Shown one piece after another: positions 30,304 to 38,977 of a DNA stretch of 64,000 nucleotides; position 1 is the first letter of the stretch, and each line of letters starts with the position of its first letter. The stretch is taken from assembly GCA_040776945.1 (NCBI GenBank), contig JAXGZN010000002.1, positions 352,001 to 416,000 of the forward strand. Direction: 5' to 3'. The position numbers were made by a program, and so were the translations under genes. A model generated the notes under the pieces. That model had not been told where the DNA came from, made no database searches, and saw nothing but the letters and a program-made list of their open reading frames with translations. This DNA is from Methanomassiliicoccaceae archaeon (lineage in GTDB: Archaea; Thermoplasmatota; Thermoplasmata; Methanomassiliicoccales; Methanomassiliicoccaceae).

Positions 30304-32145
30304 CTATCCACGTCTCCGCAGGCCGAACACGACCGCGATGGCCCCTGAGGAGACCAGGGCCGCGATGCCCAAATATGCCAGGGGCGGGCCGCTCTCCGCC
30401 TCCATCCTCAGCGAGATCGGCACGCTCGCCTGCGCCGCAGAGATGTTCACGTCAGCCGTCATTACCTGATAACCGTCCTTGGTAACGCTTATGGCATATC
30501 GGCCCGGCGGGACGTCGGCGAAAAGGAAGGAACCATCCCTGTCCGTCGTCGTCCTCATGCCGTTGCTCAAGGCCACAACGGCATCCGACACTGCCTTGCC
30601 GCCGCTGTCAAGGACCACCCCACTGATGCTTTGCCCGTTCCCCTCGGTGGTGAACGACCAACTGTGGCTGAAGGCCCTGCCCTCGATGTCCACGCCGGCC
30701 ACGGTGGCCTGGTAGACCGTGTTCGACGAGAGGGGGACGGAGGGAGTGAAGATCGCCTCGCAGCCTTTCCACGAAACGGAGCCGGAAACCCCCCCAACGA
30801 CGATGCTCACCGTGCTCCTGGCGACCTGGTCCTTGAACGATACGACCACCGGGGCGTCTCGCGGGGCATCGGCGCCGGACGGGAAGACGGTCATAGTGGG
30901 AACGCCAAGGCTCACGGTGAAGGCGGTGGAGGCCTCCACGATGTTGCCTGCCCGGTCCTGGACCCTGACGACCGCGGTGTGTGCTCCGCTGGACAGGGAA
31001 CGGAAGGTATACGACGAGCCGGCAGCGGTCGCCGGGGCGCCGCCGTCCAGCGATACGGTCGCCTTCCCGATCCCGGTGCCGACATCGGACGCTGACCATT
31101 CCACCGTGACCATGGCCGACCCGAAGATGGTGCTTGGGTCCGGAGCGGTCAAGGAAAGCGCAGGCGGGACGGTGTCAACGGTCACCGCCGCCTCGGCCGC
31201 GGCCGGCTTCCTCTCGACATCGGTCGAGTTCCTGGCCAATGAATAGAGCTCGTACCTCCCATCGGCCGGCACCTTGAACTGGACGGGCGACAAGGTGAAC
31301 ATGCCGTCAGGGGCAGAGGGATCGGAATACATCGTCCAAGGGGATCCGCCAGTGCGGTAGTAGAGGGAGAAGCGGTCCGCATCGGTCACGCTCACAGGCA
31401 CCTGGACGGTGCGGCTGTTGGAGTAAGGGCTCAGCCCGCTGATGCGGGATGTCATCGGGGCGGGGAGGACCTTTCCGGTGGTGAGGACCATGTCGTCGAT
31501 CATCACCCCGGGATAGTGGCCCACAGTGTCCATGCTGGTCTTGTACTCCCACTCCATCCAGACCGTCCCGGGCGGCAGCTCGATGACCACCTGCTGCCAG
31601 CCGCCGCTGTCGGCCGCCGGCTGCTTCCACGCCGTCCAGGTCGAGAGGCCGTTGTTGAGGTTAACGCACAGATAGTCGGTGAGCTCGCCGGTGTAGCCAG
31701 GGTCATGCGTCTTGGCCCAGTACCAGAACGACAGCGTCATGCCGTCATAGCGGGCGGCGTTCGGCGGAGCATACCTGACCCAGGAGTCCATGCCTGGGTC
31801 GGGGTAGCCGTTCACCAGGTTGCTGACGCCATTTATGGAGTTCGTCCCAATCTTGGCGCCGTACAGCACAGATGAGGAGGAATGGGCGGTGACGGTGTAA
31901 CCCACCGCTCGGGAGAGCGTGTTCAGCGAGTCGGCGTTGGCACGGCACCACTGGTCGTCATCATGTCCCGCGGCATACTCTCCACGGGACCATCCCAGGG
32001 GCTCCCAATCGCGGATGAATATTCCGATCCCCTCGAAATCGGTGGAGAATATCACCGTCGGCTCGGCGGCCTCGGAGGGCGCCGCCGGCATAAGCACGGC
32101 TGTCATCACTGCTGCAAGGACAATGGCGGCGGTCGCGTTCCTCAT
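30304..32145 (-). CDS. surface protein with shared N-terminal domain plus Ig-like and carboxypeptidase-regulatory-like domains (paralog B)
   Basis: Signal peptide; DQWCR, SFWYWAKT, GVMIDDM; DTVPP, DRAGN, HSWSFTT, ISGVVLDS.G..V..A.V; TM plus RRRG; TAG stop. Confidence 0.85.
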   Translation of the reverse strand: MRNATAAIVLAAVMTAVLMPAAPSEAAEPTVIFSTDFEGIGIFIRDWEPLGWSRGEYAAGHDDDQWCRANADSLNTLSRAVGYTVTAHSSSSVLYGAKIGTNSINGVSNLVNGYPDPGMDSWVRYAPPNAARYDGMTLSFWYWAKTHDPGYTGELTDYLCVNLNNGLSTWTAWKQPAADSGGWQQVVIELPPGTVWMEWEYKTSMDTVGHYPGVMIDDMVLTTGKVLPAPMTSRISGLSPYSNSRTVQVPVSVTDADRFSLYYRTGGSPWTMYSDPSAPDGMFTLSPVQFKVPADGRYELYSLARNSTDVERKPAAAEAAVTVDTVPPALSLTAPDPSTIFGSAMVTVEWSASDVGTGIGKATVSLDGGAPATAAGSSYTFRSLSSGAHTAVVRVQDRAGNIVEASTAFTVSLGVPTMTVFPSGADAPRDAPVVVSFKDQVARSTVSIVVGGVSGSVSWKGCEAIFTPSVPLSSNTVYQATVAGVDIEGRAFSHSWSFTTEGNGQSISGVVLDSGGKAVSDAVVALSNGMRTTTDRDGSFLFADVPPGRYAISVTKDGYQVMTADVNISAAQASVPISLRMEAESGPPLAYLGIAALVSSGAIAVVFGLRRRG

Positions 32146-32394
32146 TCGCCCCACGGAGATATTTAGTTGAGTAGGAATTATTTAAAATCAACTATTATTA
32201 TTCTCACCGTACGGTCCTTGTCGCTCGATGTAAGCTCGGTGGGCGCCCATGGCCCTTCAGCCATCGCCTCCCTGCCCCTCCTGTGCAAAAAGGCGGCCAT
32301 CCTCATGTGCTGGCCCGCCGGCATCGAAAAGGACACCGGGCGAACGGTCGAGAACGCCGCGCGATAGAAGACGCGAGAAGCGCGCAGGCGATGC

Positions 32395-32643
32395 TCACGC
32401 CGTCGCGCTCTGGGCGATCGACGGTCTGGAGGCTCTGCTCATAAGCTCGTGGAAATGCTCCAGCGCGTATTGGTCGTTGATGCTCACGACGAGGACGTAC
32501 TTGTCGCCCTCCATCCTTGCCCCCATGACCATGCCCAATGTGCGGCCGCCAACCTCGAACGGGCAGGACTCCTCGGCCATGAACCTCTCGTACATGGCCT
32601 TAGTGACCTCGTCCTTGGAAGGAGGCGTAATATGCAGGATCAC
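32395..32643 (-). CDS. small hypothetical protein
   Basis: GTG start just downstream of an AT-rich promoter-like region; protein-like sequence. Confidence 0.5.
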   Translation of the reverse strand: MILHITPPSKDEVTKAMYERFMAEESCPFEVGGRTLGMVMGARMEGDKYVLVVSINDQYALEHFHELMSRASRPSIAQSATA

Positions 32644-32816
32644 AAATTGATTATCTAACGAATAGTATAAATGCGATAGTATTCTAATTGCGATTATTGA
32701 TAGCGACACTTGTCCCCGCGCCGGCCGCCGGCACGATAAGGGGCACATAGGCGGTCCGCCGTCCTGCGGACATATTTTAATCCTCCAATATCATAAGAAC
32801 TGCCGGCGAGCAGGGG

Positions 32817-34649
32817 ATGACCGAGACATCTGTTCAAACAGCGGTCCTGAAGGACGGGGCATTGGCCTGGAGCGCCGACAGCAGTGCCTGCCTGGTCTAT
32901 CCGGTCGGCAGGCAGAGGGCCCGCCTGCTTCTCGCCGCCGATCTCCTGGCCGGCTTCGCCGACCGCACCCTCGGCAACGCATCGCTCAGGCTCGCGACCG
33001 CCCTGGAAGGCTGGGAGAGGAGCAGAAGGCAGGCTGCTTCCGACCCCGCACTGACCGATAGGGAGAGAAGGAGCAAAGAGGCATCCATCGGAAAGGAGAC
33101 GGACAAGCTTAGAAAGGAGCTAGGCCAATTGGAAAGCTTCGACAAGGGCCGCTACCTGTACGAGGTGGCCAAGGCCACTCTATTAGAGGACTTCGAGTTC
33201 GGCCAGCTCACCAGCTTGGTGAGGAAGCACATCTCGGAGCGGGACGAGAGGGGGCAGAGCGAGCCGGCGGGCGAGGGGGCTGGGCCGGAGGGCGCTTGGA
33301 CCGCGGTCCAGGTGTCCCCTCAGGACAGGGACCTGCTGGAGGCGGTCCATGCAATCAAGGAGAGCTCGCCCGTATCCAAGGAGCTATTCCTGGAGAAGCG
33401 CATCCTGCCGGCGGCCTGGTTCTTGGAGTGGATGGTCCGCAACGAAGGCCTGGCCTTGGAGCTGGGCCGCTCGGAGCTCAAGGCGATGAAGGCCCTGGCC
33501 CCGCTGGAGAAGGACATGGGGCCCACGCTAATGACCTCTCACCGCGAGATCGTGCGCATGGCATGCGCTCTCCGGGCATTGAGCGGCGCCATGGACCTGG
33601 TCCAAGGAGCGAGGGGCGGGCCGGCGCGGCCGAGGCTGCGAAGCGATTACATCGCCTCCTTCCTACCCGCCTTCGCCGACTACCGCTCGCTGGCCGAGAG
33701 GTTCGACCGGGCCAAGGAAAAGGACCTCGCCGGCATCGTGGTAGTGGGCATGGGCGGCTCGGGCAAGACCACATTCCTTCGGAGATGCTACTCCCTGCTC
33801 CGCAGCGATCCCGAGAACCAAGGCCTCAGCGAGGAGATAGATCCCAAGAGCACCGCCTTCGTGGTCGGCCACATGTTCCGGGACATCACCGTGCCGATGT
33901 TCGACGGCAGGAAGGAGCTGACCCTATGCTGGATGGACACCGCCGGTTCGGAGGACTACCGCCTTCTGGGCCAGCAGCTTACGGCGTCCGTGCGAGAGCT
34001 GAGGAACAGGATGTTCCTGGGGAGACCGGCGGACTACAGCCTGCTGTTCATGTGGTCATATGAGCCCAGCTACGATCCTGGACGCGATGCCCAGGGTTTC
34101 GAGGACGTGCTCACTCGGTTCATGGAGGAGGTCGAGGACCTGGCCTATTATGACCTGGAGCTTCCCGGGAGGACGTACCTGCTTCTCAACAAGGCCGACG
34201 CGGCCGAAGGAAAGGGAACGGCCGAGCGGTTCGCGATCGAGCACGAGAGGCGGTTCCGGGCAGTGATGGAGAGGAAGGGCATGCCCGGGGAATGCCTAGG
34301 CTTCATATCAGTCCTCAACGGCTCGGACAAGGACATCGCGGACCGCTTCTCGGTCACCATGTTCGGTCTATCGGACCGTGAGTGGAAGAGCGCAACGGCA
34401 TCCGTCCGAGCGGGCATAAACCAGGGGATCATGGGAAACCTGCTCGATACGGAGGCCGCCATGCTGTTCAAGCGGGAGGTTTATGATCCGTGCTCAGGCC
34501 TCGGACAGGAGGAATATCTGAGAGAGACGGTCGCATGGATCGATAGGTACCTCCGGACGCCCGGCGGCGCGAACGTTTCGACGAGGGCGCTCCTAAGGAG
34601 CCTCAGGGCGTTCCTGAGCGGGGAGATGGATGGAGATGCGGTCGCTTAG
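32817..34649 (+). CDS. 610-aa protein with a Ras-superfamily-like small GTPase domain and a long helical N-terminus
   Basis: G1 GMGGSGKT (aa 311), G3 DTAGSEDY (aa 374), G4 NKAD (aa 458), G5-like ISVL; TAG stop. Confidence 0.8.
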   Translation: MTETSVQTAVLKDGALAWSADSSACLVYPVGRQRARLLLAADLLAGFADRTLGNASLRLATALEGWERSRRQAASDPALTDRERRSKEASIGKETDKLRKELGQLESFDKGRYLYEVAKATLLEDFEFGQLTSLVRKHISERDERGQSEPAGEGAGPEGAWTAVQVSPQDRDLLEAVHAIKESSPVSKELFLEKRILPAAWFLEWMVRNEGLALELGRSELKAMKALAPLEKDMGPTLMTSHREIVRMACALRALSGAMDLVQGARGGPARPRLRSDYIASFLPAFADYRSLAERFDRAKEKDLAGIVVVGMGGSGKTTFLRRCYSLLRSDPENQGLSEEIDPKSTAFVVGHMFRDITVPMFDGRKELTLCWMDTAGSEDYRLLGQQLTASVRELRNRMFLGRPADYSLLFMWSYEPSYDPGRDAQGFEDVLTRFMEEVEDLAYYDLELPGRTYLLLNKADAAEGKGTAERFAIEHERRFRAVMERKGMPGECLGFISVLNGSDKDIADRFSVTMFGLSDREWKSATASVRAGINQGIMGNLLDTEAAMLFKREVYDPCSGLGQEEYLRETVAWIDRYLRTPGGANVSTRALLRSLRAFLSGEMDGDAVA

Positions 34650-36894
34650 GGACCTCGACGCTGAGCTGGGCAGGCACAATCTCCTGTTCGCCCGGACGCC
34701 GGAAAAGGCACGATTGTGCCGACAGCTGTTGACCGGCAGCGTCCTGCTCCACGGATCGGGAGGGATGGGGAAGACAACCCTCATGCTCCATGCCCTGCGG
34801 GAGCTGGGAAGCATGGGAGGCGGCCTCCAAAGCGCCTCCCCGCCCGTCCCGGACGCTGGGCACTCATTCTACTTCGAGGACCTTAGCGCCTTCATCCGTT
34901 TCCTCGGGGTAAGGAAAAGACCGCTCACGGTGAACAGGGCCTCGATCGCCTTCAGATGGGACGAGGGCGGTGAGAGGAAGGAATCGACCATCACGCTCCG
35001 CGGACGGGGAGCATCGGTCCCCGAGGGCAAGGCCACGCCGATGGCGGCATCGTCACCGATCTTCCAGACCGACCGCCTGGTCGTCCGCTCCACGCTGGAG
35101 GCGGTCATAGGGCCGAGGTTCGACATGGAAGAGGTGGCAAAAAAGGCAGAGCCTACGCTGGCCCGCTTCTCCGAGACCCTGGGGCAGGCCATAGAGCAGG
35201 CAAGGAGAGGGAAAGGCAAGGATGCCATCCAGGGCGCGGGCGGGGGCGGGACCGGAAGGACTATGCCGGCGAGGATCGCAGGCGCCCTGGCCGCGGTCGT
35301 GGACGGCTCGGTCGGGGAGGGGAGCAGGGAGCGCGGCGTCGTCCTGAACTTCCTGGAGGAGGAGCTGGCAGCCCTCGTGGAAGAGTGCAACAGGGAGGTC
35401 TACCTCTCCGCGGCGTCTTTCCTCAGAGCGGAAGACGGACCTGTCCGGCGTTCGTCCCTCCGGGAGTTCGAGGATAGCCTGCTGGAGTTCCTGGACAACA
35501 GCAACCTCGATCGCCTTGTCCCCGGAGAGATGACCTTTTGGAGATGGTACATAGGGATCGATCACTTGGAGAGAGGGGTGCCCGGGTGGACCCTGGACAT
35601 CAAGAAGGAGGCGGTCCGCATGATCTATGAGAAACTGTCGGAGAAGGACGGCTTCCACGCGGTAATGGCCGTGGAGCCCAATCCCGCCCTGATCTTCGGG
35701 CACATGGGGCCAGGAGAGGTCAGGTCCGACAGGGAAGGCGCGGCCATCTCCTCTATGGAGGTCATCATGCCTCCCAAAGACGACCTCGTGCGCGAGAGCT
35801 CCAACTTCATTGTCGAGAACGTCGATGACCTCGGCGGCCTGCGGAAGGCCGATGTGCAGAAGGTGATGGCGGACCTCTACGACCACTGCAGAGGGCGGAT
35901 CAGGCTATACTATCTGGTGCGCAGCATCAAGAACCTTCCCGCGCTGCAAGCGCAGGGGATGGAGCAGGTAGAGCCGGACGCGTCGTTCCTGGACCGGCAG
36001 CTGGGGGATGCCCTGGGCCAGCTGGGCATGCGCTATGAGTACGATATCAGCATCAAGAACCTGCCGGCGGTGCAGCCCCTGTTGGAACTGGCGAGGATGA
36101 GGGAGCGGTCGGCCGCGGAGAGCGCCCCGCAGATATCCAGGAACGTGATGTCCTGGCTCCTGGACGTCCACCAGGTAGGCCCGGCGGTGGGGGCCGGCAG
36201 ATACCTGGCCGCCATGGAGGCCTATGGCGTCCTGAAGGTCGACGGGGACCGCATCGGGTTCTTCGACCCCTATGTGGAGTGGGAGATGCGTTCTTTGGCC
36301 AGGTCTGCGGACCATGGGGACCCTCCTCTGGCGATAGCCTTCCGTTCGGTCGACCGGCTGAACCGCTTCCTTTCCGTCGTGGACGAGGCAGACGTCCTGG
36401 CCCTCTCCAGCTACATCTCGGCGTCGCTCTCGAAATGGTCGGCCACGTCCAGGACCGATCCCGGGATATATGCCTCTCTGGTCTCCGCTCTGGAGGGCGG
36501 AGGGGACTTTCCCGACCGCAGGAGAAAGCTCGCTGCCTTGGCGGCCAGCGCCGTCCTCGGCGGCGTGCCCTTCCCCTCGGTCGACCTAGAGGGCCGCCGC
36601 CGGCAGATCATCGCTGAGCTGCTGAGGGGAGCGGTCAACGGCAGCGACCCGCGGCTGGCCTCGCTGGCCTCCCGGGCCGCGAGGAAGATGACCGAGCTGG
36701 CGGGGGCCAAGGGATGCGTGCTCTGCGGTGCTCACTTAGAGGACGGCCAGGTCATTTGCGCTTCCTGCGGAGCGGACTACCGGGACATATGCCCGTCCTG
36801 CGGAGAGAGTCTGGCCCCTCACTTCGCATACTGCGCCGGCTGCGGGGCCGAGGCGCCCCGGGACCGGACGGCCCGCCAGGGGACCGAGCTCTGA
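34630..36894 (+). CDS. STAND/archaeal-type P-loop ATPase with winged helix and C-terminal double zinc ribbon
   Basis: Walker A GSGGMGKT, Walker B-like YIGIDHLE, wHTH-like GVLKVDGDRIGFFDPYVEW, four CxxC pairs; overlaps the upstream gene by 20 nt. Confidence 0.78.
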   Translation: MEMRSLRDLDAELGRHNLLFARTPEKARLCRQLLTGSVLLHGSGGMGKTTLMLHALRELGSMGGGLQSASPPVPDAGHSFYFEDLSAFIRFLGVRKRPLTVNRASIAFRWDEGGERKESTITLRGRGASVPEGKATPMAASSPIFQTDRLVVRSTLEAVIGPRFDMEEVAKKAEPTLARFSETLGQAIEQARRGKGKDAIQGAGGGGTGRTMPARIAGALAAVVDGSVGEGSRERGVVLNFLEEELAALVEECNREVYLSAASFLRAEDGPVRRSSLREFEDSLLEFLDNSNLDRLVPGEMTFWRWYIGIDHLERGVPGWTLDIKKEAVRMIYEKLSEKDGFHAVMAVEPNPALIFGHMGPGEVRSDREGAAISSMEVIMPPKDDLVRESSNFIVENVDDLGGLRKADVQKVMADLYDHCRGRIRLYYLVRSIKNLPALQAQGMEQVEPDASFLDRQLGDALGQLGMRYEYDISIKNLPAVQPLLELARMRERSAAESAPQISRNVMSWLLDVHQVGPAVGAGRYLAAMEAYGVLKVDGDRIGFFDPYVEWEMRSLARSADHGDPPLAIAFRSVDRLNRFLSVVDEADVLALSSYISASLSKWSATSRTDPGIYASLVSALEGGGDFPDRRRKLAALAASAVLGGVPFPSVDLEGRRRQIIAELLRGAVNGSDPRLASLASRAARKMTELAGAKGCVLCGAHLEDGQVICASCGADYRDICPSCGESLAPHFAYCAGCGAEAPRDRTARQGTEL

Positions 36895-36974
36895 CCGACG
36901 GCGGTGCGGGAGGACGGCGGACCGCCGATGCAGTCGCCTCTAAAGGAACGAAGGTCGAGATATTAGGATTCGGA

Positions 36975-37012
36975 AGAAAAGGATAAAAGAGAAGAGGGGG
37001 CGGCGCCCCGTT
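36975..37012 (-). terminator. GC hairpin plus pyrimidine tract after the surface protein gene
   Basis: Minus strand reads GGGGCGCCGCCCC followed by TCTTCTCTTTTATCCTTTTCTTCC. Confidence 0.5.
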
Positions 37013-37017
37013 GCTCC

Positions 37018-38754
37018 CTACTTCCTGCGCCTGATCAGCAGGAACGCTCCGGCCGCGGCCGCAAGCACGATCGCGGCGATCCCGATCATTACCAGCGGGT
37101 CGGTGAAGAACGAGCCTGGGCCGCTGCTTCCGACGGAGAAGGTCTTCGAGCTGACGAGGACGTTCCCGTCCGAATCGGTGGCCTTGATGGTCAGGGTATG
37201 CTCGCCCGTCTTGAGGCCGGCGAAGGCCACCGACCTGCCGGACGGGTCCATGCTCACCATCTCGCCGTCGTCGAGCGAGTATTGCAGGCCGACCAAGGTC
37301 GCGCTGTCAAGGGCAACTGTGAAGTTGACCGTCACGTCCCCGTTGGGGGTTATCGACACATCATTGAACGTGATCCCCGGGGTCCCGTGGGAAAGGGTGA
37401 TCGCCGCGCTCTTGATGCTCTCCACGTTTCCGGCCAGGTCGGTCGCGTAATACTCGATGGTGTAGCTGCCGTCCCTGGCGAAGCCAACACCTGAGGAGTA
37501 CTCGTTCCAAGCGCCGCCGTTCACCCGGTAGTAGATGGCCTTGACCCCGGAGACAGCGTCGGTCGCACTTAGGGTGAAGGAAACGGACCCCTCGTAGCTG
37601 GTGCCGTTCCCGTTGCCGGAGAAGGCGATGGTAGATGCCGGCCTGGTGAGATCGATGGTGGTCGTAGCGTCCGCCGCGTTCCGCGCCGGCTCGATAACAT
37701 CGAGGTTGTCCGTGCCTCGAGTGAAGAACTCATAGGCACCCTCGCGGGGCGCGGTGAACTGGATGGTACGGGTGGTGTTGGGGAACTTCCCATCCGGCCT
37801 CAGGGATGTCTCGTACTTGATCCAGTTCCCGGTCCCGTCGATTCGGTAGTAGAGGTCGATCCACTTCATTCCCACCTGGGGATCGTTGTTCGTCCAGTTG
37901 ACGTTAAAGGTCAGGTTGTTCTGGTAAGCATCAAGGTAGTCCACGGCCGTGACCAGGTTCTCCGAGGGGAGCAGGTCGGTCCCGACCACGGTGATATCGT
38001 CGAGGAACACGCCCTTCCTCATCCCTCCGTTCACCATGTTGACGAACGGAGCCGGGCTGCTCGCGTCGCCCCCCGCCGGAGCGACGGTCCCGGACACGAA
38101 CTCGAAACCGACCCAGGTCGAGTTGCTGGGAATTACAATGGACTTCTGGATCCACCTCATGCTCCCCGCCTCCGCCTCGGTATCGGTCCATGCCACGTGC
38201 TTCACGCGGTTGTCGCCGGTCCCGGTGAAGTAGATGAGGTTGAGGAAGTCGTACCCCACGCTCTCGCCGGTCAAGGGCTGCTTGGCGTCCGAGGCCCCGG
38301 TGTCGGACCAGAACCAGAAGTTCACGGTCACGGTCCCATAGTATCTCGCCTGGGAGTTGAGCTGCTTCCGCATCACCGCGTCCATCCCGGTGTCGTAGCG
38401 GAGCACATGGCTCTTCTGAGTGGGATCGCTCGAAGCGGTCACATTGACGTTCTCCACCTGGGTCCCGTTGGCGTAGTAATGGGAGTTGAACCCGTTCTTG
38501 GCGCAATAGATCGAGAAGGTCCCGCTGTGGACCTCATGCTTGGTCCTGCACCAAGTATCATAATCGTTGGCGGTGTTGGCGTCATAACGGTCCCATTGCG
38601 CGGCCCAGAGGTTGAAGGACCCTTCTTCCGCGCCTTCGGAGATGAACGTCTGCTCGGACGGCAAGGCCGCGCTCACCCCATGAGGGATGGCCGTGACCAG
38701 CGTCGTCGCGCACAATAGAAATGCAATGGCTATGCTGAACCAGGAGCTTTTCAC
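37018..38754 (-). CDS. surface protein with Ig-like/OmpL47-like domains (paralog C)
   Basis: Signal peptide; clear homology to 6530-8593 (WCR, RYDTG, FWFWSDTG, GFEFVSG, YATDLAGNVE); TM plus RRRK; TAG stop. Confidence 0.87.
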   Translation of the reverse strand: MKSSWFSIAIAFLLCATTLVTAIPHGVSAALPSEQTFISEGAEEGSFNLWAAQWDRYDANTANDYDTWCRTKHEVHSGTFSIYCAKNGFNSHYYANGTQVENVNVTASSDPTQKSHVLRYDTGMDAVMRKQLNSQARYYGTVTVNFWFWSDTGASDAKQPLTGESVGYDFLNLIYFTGTGDNRVKHVAWTDTEAEAGSMRWIQKSIVIPSNSTWVGFEFVSGTVAPAGGDASSPAPFVNMVNGGMRKGVFLDDITVVGTDLLPSENLVTAVDYLDAYQNNLTFNVNWTNNDPQVGMKWIDLYYRIDGTGNWIKYETSLRPDGKFPNTTRTIQFTAPREGAYEFFTRGTDNLDVIEPARNAADATTTIDLTRPASTIAFSGNGNGTSYEGSVSFTLSATDAVSGVKAIYYRVNGGAWNEYSSGVGFARDGSYTIEYYATDLAGNVESIKSAAITLSHGTPGITFNDVSITPNGDVTVNFTVALDSATLVGLQYSLDDGEMVSMDPSGRSVAFAGLKTGEHTLTIKATDSDGNVLVSSKTFSVGSSGPGSFFTDPLVMIGIAAIVLAAAAGAFLLIRRRK

Positions 38755-38977
38755 GCCGGGCGATTGAAAATATCTCCGTATAAATCTTGCTCCTTGATTG
38801 GTACGTTGGTGTGCTTAACGACCAATAGGGGGCACCTGCTCGACCGGTCCGCGGCAGCGTGCTGATGGACGGCGAGGGGCGGTCCGCAGCGTCCATTTCC
38901 CAGCGTCTTCTTGGTGTTAAGGAATTGATATGCAAGGGGAACCATTCATAATGGGGCACGTGATGAGGTAGAGACCG

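Noticed and set aside
34630-34665. Pyl-mediated GTPase-ATPase fusion (TAG GGA CCT context as in mtmB)
   Set aside because: Different frames; readthrough adds only O-GPRR before TGA.
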